From Phoronis australis (taxonomy: Eukaryota > Animalia > Phoronida): 59,489 nucleotides of DNA. Shown in pieces: positions 49,691 through 59,489 of the stretch (within the stretch, counting starts at the first letter, position 1; every line of letters starts with the position of its first letter). The translations under genes were made by a program, and so were the position numbers. Under the pieces are notes generated by a model that saw only the letters and a list, made by a program, of their open reading frames with translations, had not been told where the DNA came from and ran no database searches. Location of the stretch: the NCBI GenBank assembly GCA_002633005.1, contig NMRA01000303.1:124366-183854 (forward strand), written 5' to 3'.

Positions 49691-52600
49691 CTGAAATGAA
49701 AGTAATGCTGATAACTATCATATTCAAAATAATGATGGCAATAATGAATATAGTATCAATAAATCTAGCAATGAAATGATTAGCAGCCAAACCAAGTTAC
49801 AATCCGCCTGCATAATAGCAACAGCGTATTAATTTCCTACACCTTTCACCTTCCAGTAACTTTGATCACGAGGCTAAAAGTCAACAGGCTATAAAAGACT
49901 TGGTTCATAAAACAGTCACTGTAGTTCCAGAATTGACACCTCATAACTACATGTCTTCAAAAGCAAGCTTGTTAACGTCAGTGACTTAACGACAGGTATA
50001 AATTAGATTTAAAAAATAACTAAAATTTAATAATTTGCCTCACATCTGCAATTTCTTGAAAAAGGAAAAGTCCAAAGAATATTTGTCTCCAAAGTTCTGT
50101 TCTTGACATCTTGACACAATTTCCAAAGCACATGATATACCAAAATGCTAAGCCACATACACGTAATTTTCATTCGTAAGTCATTCACCAACTTAACTTC
50201 AATCATGAAAGGGGAAGCCCGATATGCACATTTATATACCGGTAGTTAGGAAATATTTTATTGGTCAGAGCTTGCGCTGACATAAGGGTATTTTTGTCAT
50301 TTCCTGGATTTTTCTCAGACCTCTATATAAATCTCTAGGTTTTCTGCTACGATCTTTGCCAGTTTGGTAATTTAAATCCCCCAATAACTTTAAAAGCATT
50401 TTTTACTTTCAGCCGATTTTTTGAAGAGAAATGAATGCTCAAAATCTGTATACTTAAAGCCTATCTTCAATGGTAACACCTGTAAATTTGGATCTTACAG
50501 TATGTTAAGAGCATCGCTATGAGCCCACTATTGCCATGCTTTGCTAAGACTAACTGGTTAGCTCAATACATATAAAATAACAAAATTCCATTGAAGTTAG
50601 GCGTTAAAACCTGTTTGTACACACTAAAAGATCATACAATACACTGTCAGGTAAATTTGTAGATGTTGGCGACCCAAAAAATCAAATTAACGTTTTTGTT
50701 AAACTATTTCATGCCAGGTGACAGGCAGTCCTGGTAAAAAGAAATCTAGACCTAAGGAGCGAATATAAATAGAAGATTATTCATCGTGAACATTGTTGTA
50801 TGATCAACAAATTTTATCTAGAGATTGTGATCGTAATCGAATCTAAAATATTCAAAACTAACCTGTCTGGCACGGTCGATATTATCTCGGAATGGAAAGA
50901 ATGCATCTGAGCTGAGAGCAACTCCAGTCATCTGTTTTAACCAGTTTTCCCTTTCAATCTGGAAACAAACATCATGCCAGACGTTTTATATGGTGAGACG
51001 CTATGGTTGTCATTTCAGTTTTACATGAAGTAAACAGTTTCATTCACAGAGCGACAAGTCAATACAACAAATAGAGACACTGTTGTCTGACTAGATCTAA
51101 ATTACGATGCACTGCCATAGGAAAGAAGTCCCAAAATTCTTTTAACTCTTTGAACTTTTGAAAATGAACATGAAAATTTTTTAATCAAAATCATTTCATG
51201 AAACTCGCTTTGTCTAGAGCTATGTTTTCCAAAATATTTTCAAGTTAAGTATCAATTATCTCGGCAGATTCCTTTTCTTATTAATTAGAACTAGCACAAG
51301 CTTCGTGTACCATTTTTTGCTAGCAGGGGAGCTTTTCCTCCGTACAAAAAGACAAGAAACCCGTGCAAGCTCTTAATTCCAAGTTACATAATACTTGCAG
51401 CTCAAATGATAATAATGATAATTAGAACGGCATGTTATGCTTAAAAATATATTGTGCACTGTTGTTCATATAAAACAGACGACCCTATTCGCTTGTTTAG
51501 AATGACGTCATTTTGACGTTGTTGTGCCTGTCAAATAAAATTAAAATACCAAAATTTAAATTCAAAGAATAATAATTAGGCCACATTTACGTAGCTCAGT
51601 AAGTTACACAGCACTTCGAAAAATATTATGTGGGTCTGGAATCTTTGTACTCAAAACAAACTTGAAATCATTTCTGGCGATTTCTCTGCTACTTTAGTGC
51701 AAACTCAAGATAAGTAGTAATTAGACTGTGTTCGAATACATTATAGTTTACGCACATGAGTTTCTAGTTTGCACTTAATGACCCTAATTCGTGTTACAAA
51801 TTCGAGTAAAAACTCGAAATTTCGAGTTCAAAGTCAAACTTTTAGCCTTAATGTTGGGTTTACCAACTGCAAACTAGGACTAAAAAATCCTCCACTTATG
51901 TACTCGAGCATACAATAATGGACATTTATCTTGACTTCGCACAAAAGTAGAGTAGAAAATGCCAAACATAATTTCGAGTTCCATTTCGAGTAAAAAAGAT
52001 TACACTTTGGGCCCAAGTCATGTTATAATAGTGGCACATACATCACCCAAATAGTCACTTAAAGCATAACTAGTGGGCGCCAAGCTGGTTTGTTTGGAGC
52101 AAAGATGAATAGTAGTCGACATGGCAATTGGTTAAAATCCACACCATACTGTTTGAGGAGAAACGCGGATAAGTGTTCTGTCAAAAAATCAAACTTGTCG
52201 CTGAATAATGTTGCAGCGCTAGTTGGAACCGCCCGAAAATAGGACAAGAGTAGAAGCCCGTAATTAAAAGCTTCATAACAAAGCCATACAGCACTGAATC
52301 AGAAAAGCCAAGTCAAACTGCATAACAGAATGAGGAACAACTTCATGACAGTAAGTAACAGCTTATTATTTAAAATGACTTAATATTCTTATGGAAATGA
52401 CTTAGGCAAAAAACTGAATTTCGCACCTCAAAAGTGAGACTCCCCATATTAATATAGGTTGCCACGCTCTCTGTCCACCTTACGTCGGGGTTTATACAGA
52501 TTGGCCTCGCTTTCCGTTCAACTTCACGTGGGCCCCTACATTAACTTAATAGGTGGCCCCATTTGTGAGGCCCAAAATTCAATTTCTTGCCTATGTCATT

Positions 52601-55600
52601 TTAATAAGTCATCTTAAATAATAAGCTGTTAAGTATAATGCCAGCTTCGTGAAATGGGATCATGAATAGTGCTAAGACAAAAAGTAAACTGCTTGACATA
52701 CACAACCATAATACTGACAGAAACAAATGCACCGCCATTATCCCAATGTTGCACTAAAAGCCCGAATGGTGACTTACACACGACATAGAAAGTTGCATCC
52801 TCATTATAAATTCAAAATTATTCCCTCGACCTTTCCTCTACATAACCTTTGACCTCTGGCCTCATCCTCACCTCAGTCAGCTGCTCTGGTGGTTGGTCCA
52901 GCATGCTCGCCCAGGTGGACATCTTCGTGTCTTTACCCACTGTTCCATTAACATAGATGTCGATCACGTTGGACATCTCAGCACGTTTGACGCCAGGCTT
53001 AAACTTCATACCAAGCACTTTGGGGTGCTGCCTCAGCCACCTACAAACATGGAATGACTGATAACTTGTCTGAATGTGACTCAAATTTACTGTCTAGTTC
53101 ACACGTACACAGATTTAGGTGTGCTCGTCATTCTGTGTCCATCAATGGTAAATTTTGGGTCAGACAATGGCATAATCAGTGTATTCACTGAAGTGGTCAC
53201 CCAGTCTTTTAAAGAAGTTTAAATAAAGTAAATAAATAATCCAAAATTACTGTATTCGACTATTTAAACATACTGAAACAAGTATAAAGAACTGTTACTT
53301 CAAAATAAAAATTAAAGAATACAAGTAAATTCAAATAAGAGTTGCAACATGTCAAAAGTGGGAAATACCAAAAATGGGATGGTGCTTTTGGTATGATCAT
53401 ATTTTGTGGAGCAGGATCTTACATTATTAGCAGTCATAAGAACAGGAGAGGCTCTAAATGAAAATGCAACATAAAATACGTTGTTGACAAGCTAAAAATG
53501 TTAAAATAAGCATGTTTAGTTTCTCATAAAAGCTCAGTTTTGTCTGACACTTGATAACACTTAAGTTTGAGAAATCATGAAAACCGTGGGAAATTATAAT
53601 ATTGAGGCTTCAAAAATAAGTTGTTTCTTGGAAAAGAAATTGCCAGTCAAATAACTGAAATATAATATTTGCAGGCGGTATGGTAGCCACTGCATAAGAC
53701 ATGCAGGCTGTTCCTGTGGGTCCATTGTACTGATCACCTGGAACCATTTTTATGCTTTATCAGTACATAGTTAAAACCGAGCTGAGGAACTACAGACCTG
53801 ACTAAAGGTCTAGCCGTGTGCACCAGTGGAACTTGAGCCCATGACTTTGAGTTAAGGAAGTGGACAGTCATTCCACTAGGTCATGCTGCCCCCTATCAAA
53901 ATAATTCATAATACAACATTCCTATGTCTGAGTAATTATCCATCACTACCTACCAATTGTTTGCCTTGTCACCAGCCAGCCGGGTGCAGTGAATGCGGGA
54001 CTGTTGCCCCGCTCCTATGCCTATCACCTGTCCATCACGAGCGTAGCAGACGGAGTTGGACTGAGTATACTTGAGAGCAATGGTAGCCACGATGAGGTCA
54101 CGCACAGCTTCCTTGGGTAACTGATGAATGCAAACAGCAAATGAAAAATTATACAGACTACTGTCTTACAAAAGTGAATGCCTAATTTTCAAAACAAATA
54201 GAATTAAAACACATCAAAGCAACATGCAGTGTCAGTACTAAAAGCTAAGGTGCTGCTTCAGGAGTTGAGTTGGAATCCTTGCTTTAGAGATTTATTTATT
54301 TATTATTGTGATATTTAAAATGAGGGTGGCCTCTTCAGTGATAGCACTGGGCTAAAAGAGAGATAGCCTTCCTAACTGCACTGGTAACACCACGCACCGA
54401 ATGAACTTCTTTCAATGGTTCATTAAGAAAATTCATTCTGCAAACTTGATTTATTCTAGTTGAAAGCGTCGTGATCTTGGTTTGTCATACCTAACACTGC
54501 ATGGGACTTTAACCTTTAATATCTCTGTAATTTGGCCATTTATGCAATAGGAGACTTTCATAAATCAATGGGTACTGATCTTGTGGGACCAGCACCTCAT
54601 GGCGCACCCTAGCTGTATCACAAGGTACTTCTCTGTAAATTAAATGTGATACTTAGATGCAGGTCAGTCAGCTTCAAGCACAGCTGCACTGGTATAGATT
54701 TGTGAACATTATAACAGGGAACGCGCCCGTACACAAGAACCATGCAAAGTCCTGATATGCTCCTATCATGTGCATCATACTAAAACTAGAATTACCATTA
54801 GGGGTCACTGCAGCAGTCATGCTCACCTTGATAGCAGATGGGAAGAACAAAACTAAAACTACTAAAACAGCCAATAGGGGGCACAGCGTAAGTTGGAAAT
54901 GTCTGAAAAAAGGCAAGTGCTGCGTTCTCAAGAATAAAATCGTATCTGCCAAATGTCAAATAGATTATTTATCAAACTGACAGATGACGATTCAATGGCA
55001 AAACAATAATACCACTGCTGGGGGAGGTAGCAGCACTCAAAACTGTTTAGAAGTATACGACTCCCAGCTTTCTGTCAACACAAAGACCTGTGCTGACTTT
55101 TGTAGCAATTCACCTAACCGTTTGACATCACAATATTGAAACTCTCGGTAAGGAGGCACACAACATGTTGGAGCTGTATGATAATGGGTAATGTATTCTT
55201 CAAATGGAAACAAATCCCAAATTTCATATCAGAATACCAAAACTGCCACTAGGAAAGAGGCACACCAGAACTAGAATTACCACTAGGGGTCACTGCTGCA
55301 GTCATGCTCACCTTGACAGAAAGTCATCTGCCATGGCACAGCAGTAGCTGGCTCCACCAGAAAATTATTATATGTTATTATATATTATTATATATTATTA
55401 TATATTATTATATATTATTATATATTATTATATATATTATTATATATTATTATATATTATTATATATTATTATATATTATTATATGTTATTATATATTAT
55501 TCCAAATCAGCCAAGTTTCATAAAGATCCAGTGAGTAACTTGGTGTGTCGCGAATTTTACACAACATAAGAGCACGTGACACGAAAATAGGGTCACAATT

Positions 55601-58030
55601 TANGGCGGTCGTGAAGAACAGCAAGGCCGTACCTGCATGAATGAAGTCAATTTTGAGATCCGAAATATGTGAGCATTTAACGCTGCAGGTAAGAGCATAA
55701 TCTAAACATTTTCTCGATGATCTAAAAAATCTATTTTGGCGCGTTAAAATGGCGGGGAAATTTTGCGACCTGGCATTTACGAATGCGAGCTGGATTTTGA
55801 AAATGCGACCTGGGATTTTGGCTAGGTCGCAAAATGCGACCTGGCGATTTTAATAGCGTCGAGCCCTGATTTAAATTGAACACGGAACGCAAATCCGCGA
55901 CGTGGTAAATATAGAGGCACAAGAAAAAAATTTAGTTAACATTTCCACCAGATGGGGCAGTTAGCATTAGTTGGATCAATGCCAAAGTAATAGTCGCCAG
56001 TAAACAGCTTGATGGGAACACACTTGTCAAATCTGATTAAGATCCTGTAAGGGGTTCAGGAGATACAGCAGTCGATGCTGCATGCCGGCCAGATGCAAGT
56101 GACGCTGATATGCCACATAAAAAATTGCGATCGGCATGGAACAAACAACAGGTGCAGTAAAAGTGTTCCAAGGAACTGACAGCTGAACACCATTAGGTAA
56201 TTATTCCCCATTTAAGTGGCGCCAGCATTATAGTGTTCGCGATTCAAATAGTATGCACAGAAACAGGTCCATTTCCTCTTTAACAAACCCACACAACAAA
56301 CTGCTGACGGAAACGTGGACTCTAGTCTCAAATTCAAACTGGATATCACTTAGTGTTCACTTAGTGTTCACTTAGTGTTCACTTAGTGTTCACTTAGTGT
56401 TCACTTAGTGTTCACTTAGTGTTCACTTAGTGTTCACTTAGTGTTCACTTAGTGTTCACTTAGTGTTCACTTAGTGTTCACTTAGTGTTCACTTAGTCTC
56501 CCACTCACTTTAGTATTCTTCGTCACCACATTGCTGAACAACTCTTCATTGATGACGGCATTGTTTCTCCTCTGCGCCATCTGTAGGCCGTATAAAGTCC
56601 TAATCTCCATCTCCGGAGGCTCGTACTCGGGATCCATCTAAGACAAAAAGCGCACGCCTCGCGTTATATAACGTACAGTTCGCTATCGCAAACTTGATAG
56701 TTGGCGAATTTGACTTGATCTATTTCTGTATGTCACTGTTTATGGGGCTTAAGCCGATCGGTTGTTTTGTGACACTCGTGTTGTTGCATGTCAGACGCTC
56801 ATGCACATACGATGCAACAACCACCTGTTGAATTTTACTGCGTCACTTGATGATGATAGAGTATTTTGTGCGCACACATGGCTCTGATGGTGCAATGAGC
56901 TGCCAGTCATTAACTTTTAGATCAATGAATTAATGAAAGAAGATTAAAGACAAATAAATGTCAATTCTAACTAAATGTAGATGCTCTAACGATAACATAC
57001 CTGTAGGATGCAATACTTCCCGCCTTTTTTGCGTGACAACACTGCAAGGGCCTCCTCGCTGTACGAGGGTGCCACAATACCATCTGATACCTACAATTGT
57101 GAATCGACCAGAGTTAGTTATCAAAATTACAGCAGGGCCCGGGGTCTAATATTTTTACTCGAAATCGAACTCAAAATTATTTTTGGCATTTTCTATAATT
57201 CCACTTTTGAGTGAACTCAAGTTAAGTGTCTGTTATTCGATGCTCGAGTACATAATGGCTTGTGTTAATAACCATCTTATCCTACTTTGTACTTGATTAC
57301 CTGGTATTAAGCCTAAACAAATTCGAGCCTGAACTTGAAATTTCGACTTCAAATTCGAGTGCAAGGATTAGGTCCCAGGCAGAAATGTGTCCATTTTTTC
57401 TCATTTTTTTGGAATCGGTCATCCAAATTACCTATCAATTGTCCTCAAAACATAACACAGATTCCGTCTAATCCACAGGGTGGCAATGAGGTGCTCAAAT
57501 TTCTGGAGGACAAGGCTGGCCAACCACTCACCTACTGTATGCACCTGTACCCCACTTCTAAATGCCCATATGCCACCGGAACTGACAAAAAATATTGAAC
57601 TGTCCTGCAGGTCACAAATTCCCGTCCGACCACAATTTGCAGACAGATTTCCAGTCTTAAAACATAAGGTGTGATTATTATGCAACAACCAATGATAGAA
57701 CACAAAATTTAACACTAAACTGTGTCCTAAATGTAACTCCCAAATTCGAACAACATGAGGTTAATAATTGTCACTTGGTCTATCTAATTGCAACTTCCAG
57801 GTGGAAAAAAACACCTGAAAGTGAGTCATGACTCACTTCTCTCGAGATGATTTTCGCTGTGGCCAAGTCACACTCCTCCGAGATGGCGATGAAATCGCCA
57901 AATGAGGACATCCTGTCGCCACCACGTGCTCTAGCATAGGCACAGGCCAGGGGAGTTAACTCCTCACTCAGGTCGTCGACCATGCACAACTTTCTCTGTT
58001 CTTTAGACAGAGGCACGCCCACAGCAGCTC
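49571..58030 (-). CDS. ATIC: Bifunctional purine biosynthesis protein ATIC/PurH, C-terminal AICAR transformylase part (last 7 exons; 5' part beyond the right edge)
   Basis: Exons 58030-57837, 57090-57001, 56637-56509, 54120-53954, 53040-52872, 50958-50863, 49690-49571, all GT-AG and in phase. Motifs [71 protein letters not shown] and HTNLRLFHH*. Confidence 0.97.
50863..50958 (-). CDS. ATIC: ATIC exon
   Basis: [32 protein letters not shown]; CAG|gttagt. Confidence 0.96.
51632..52013. mobile_element. Harbinger-like MITE, copy of 15958-16355
   Basis: Colinear with 15958-16355, e.g. ATTTCGAGTTCCATTTCGAGTAAAA. Confidence 0.82.
52356..52631. mobile_element. Palindromic MITE
   Basis: TAACAGCTTATTATTTAA(A/G)ATGACTTA inverted repeat with further complementary blocks inward. 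Confidence 0.75.
52872..53040 (-). CDS. ATIC: ATIC exon
   Basis: [35 protein letters not shown]...EQLTE; GAG|gtgagg. Confidence 0.95.
53670..53890 (-). mobile_element. Degenerate tRNA-derived SINE
   Basis: Minus strand GGCAGCATGACCTAGTGG ... GTCATGGGCTCAAGTTCCACTG resembles tRNA A/B boxes. Confidence 0.4.
53954..54120 (-). CDS. ATIC: ATIC exon
   Basis: [56 protein letters not shown]; TG|gtaggt. Confidence 0.97.
54784..55320. repeat. Dispersed ~50-bp direct repeat (AACTAGAATTACCA(T/C)TAGGGGTCACTGC(A/T)GCAGTCATGCTCACCTTGA) at 54784 and 55269
   Basis: Two near-identical copies 485 bp apart; probably termini of a repeat family. Confidence 0.8.
55364..55501. repeat. AT-rich (TATATTATTA)n simple repeat
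   Basis: Direct inspection. Confidence 0.95.
55700..55868. mobile_element. Right end of a hAT-like element
   Basis: TGCGACCTGG subrepeats ending in TAGCGTCGAGCCCTG. Confidence 0.55.
56346..56497. repeat. 11-bp minisatellite (CACTTAGTGTT) x about 14, starting about 12 nt into the ATIC intron after the donor
   Basis: Perfect array; the sense unit ACTAAGTGAAC resembles the exon junction ACTAAA|GTGAG. Confidence 0.97.
56509..56637 (-). CDS. ATIC: ATIC exon
   Basis: [43 protein letters not shown]; AAA|gtgagt. Confidence 0.95.
57001..57090 (-). CDS. ATIC: ATIC exon
   Basis: [30 protein letters not shown]; CAG|gtatgt. Confidence 0.95.
57136..57375. mobile_element. Harbinger-like MITE, internally deleted copy of the 15958 family, TSD CAG
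   Basis: CAG|GGCCCGGGGTCTAAT..CTCGAAATCGAACTC ... GGTCC|CAG. Confidence 0.72.
57837..58030 (-). CDS. ATIC: ATIC exon
   Basis: [65 protein letters not shown]; GAA|gtgagt. Confidence 0.96.
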
Positions 58031-58589
58031 CTGTACAAAAACATTGAGAAAAACACTACAAGACTATTTTTAAAGTTTAACTGTCTCATTTCCTTGCAGC
58101 CCCAAGCAACCGTGTATATTTGAGATGCTTTCTGTTAGATTCATACTACAAAACTCACTGCGAACACACCGTGTTTCGTGGATTTTCTTTTAACAGACTA
58201 AACTCCTTCACCAGAATAGCAGTCGGGTAGTCAATTGGCTAATCCAGGATAAACCTTGAAGGACTTCTAATACGAAAATCAATTTCCCCAATTTCCATCA
58301 CAAAGAAAGAAAAAACTTGAGGCCATAGCTCATAGAGAATAGCCAATTCAGTACTTCTTGAAAAAGAAAAGTGTTTGTTTTTAATCGCTTTCGTTTTTAG
58401 CTATGGTCCACCCTTGGTCATGAGTTCAATTCAACACCTTGACGATGTATTGTCTACAGGACCGTCTGCATACTTTCTTCCCAGTTCTCAGTGAAAGCAC
58501 CACAACTTCATAAATGCTGGTCCTGATCTTAATGAGCAGAAAAATTAACTACCACCAGGCAACAAATTAGCTGTCAGTTTTAAGTCATA

Positions 58590-59230
58590 CAGGGCTCAAC
58601 ACTAACGGTTGCCCGATTGCCCGTGTACATGTAGATTTTGCGTCGGGCAAGTGGAATTTGAAAAGTACTTGCCCGATGGGCAACTTAAAAAGCTGGCCGC
58701 ATAGGCAAGTAGATCCTAAGATTGTCTGCTCGACATTTGCTCCAAAGTAACGAGACCCCGACACAAGTCTAAAAACCATCGAAAAAGCCCCTGTGGCCGT
58801 CAAAGAAACTCCCATCTTCGAATGAAAATAGAACGAGTGTGATGCAGCGTGCACAGATGATGCCCGCGGTCAAATCCTTTCGATTCTCTGAACGTGCTCT
58901 GCAGTTTCTGAATAAGTTGTCACGTGATACTACTGATCGTCTGCACTCTGGCAAAACGTCCAAACAAGGAAGCCGTCCAGGCCTGAACGGCATTGGCATA
59001 GTAGCTAAAAAACGAGTTCAGGAAGAATCAAAGCAACAATATGAAACAAAAAAAGTGCGGGGATGGGTTCCGTCATGGGAAATTAGGTTTCCTGGCCTGT
59101 GAAACAGTGAACAAGGGATGACGTGTGATTTTTGCCAGCATTTACCCACTGTACAGCTGGAAGCGGTACTGCATTCGTCGGCGGATGTAAGTCATACAGA
59201 TAAGCGCAAAAGCTAACAAGAGCAACGCAG
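58590..59230 (+). mobile_element. hAT-like element left end with a decayed transposase N-terminus (TTF-type zinc finger, ZNF862/ZMYM-like)
   Basis: CAGGGCTCAACACTAA terminus with TTGCCCG subrepeats. YETKKVRGWVPSWEIRFPGL*NSEQGMTCDFCQH...AFVGGCKSYR fits the W...FPW..M.C..C...FV.GC pattern, with a stop and a frameshift. Confidence 0.7.
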
Positions 59231-59489
59231 AGCGTTGAAATGCGCCCACAATTGCACCGCATAAGGTATCCCTCTAGGGTTGTTTAGTGGTACCATAAAG
59301 TGGCCAGTAGAGGGCATATATGTAGTACGTTGTACTTAGCAAAATGGAAAGGCATGGTCATTGTCTCCTCAATAGGCTAGGGGCAAAATGTGAGTAATCT
59401 TCATAATACAAGCACATCCTATACACCAGTTGCTTAAAGCACCACAGAAACATAGAATTAAAAACAAATTTACCAACATACGAGATTAG

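Noticed and set aside
56848-56887. ATGATGA...CTGA box C/D-like pair
   Set aside because: Only about 38 nt long and antisense to the ATIC host transcript.
57335-57715. Overlapping ORFs in an ATIC intron as a possible alternative exon
   Set aside because: The flanking ATIC exons join seamlessly (ISRE|VSDG) and the ORFs show no recognisable similarity; likely repeat-derived.
55868-58590. Related CAGGGCTC termini on either side of three ATIC exons, suggesting exon capture
   Set aside because: The termini face outward: one is the right end of an element to the left, the other the left end of an element to the right, and their subterminal repeats differ.

Overview
AT-rich, intron-rich animal genomic DNA, probably an invertebrate; the taxon cannot be fixed from the sequence. 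It holds three conserved genes, which I reconstructed exon by exon from GT-AG boundaries and reading-frame phase. (1) The first coding exon of a CDK4/6-family kinase (PLSTIRE motif, minus strand, 2078-2418); the gene continues off the left edge. (2) A complete 17-exon PDCD6IP/ALIX gene (plus strand, 19141-45554, 2682 nt CDS, 893 aa). (3) The last 7 exons of ATIC/purH (minus strand, 49571-58030), convergent with ALIX. Introns and intergenic DNA contain many non-autonomous DNA transposons (hAT-, Harbinger-, Kolobok-, piggyBac- and pogo-like, plus three families with 5-bp target-site duplications), a Penelope GIY-YIG remnant, tRNA-derived SINE-like heads and tandem repeats. Three observations stand out. 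Minisatellites start at or beside exon boundaries and multiply the splice donor. The ALIX PSAP (TSG101-binding) motif exists only across the junction of two small symmetric exons. A minimal type-I hammerhead-ribozyme-like motif lies at 11089-11133. Nothing here demonstrates a new autonomous multi-gene system. All family assignments come from motif recognition, not database searches.
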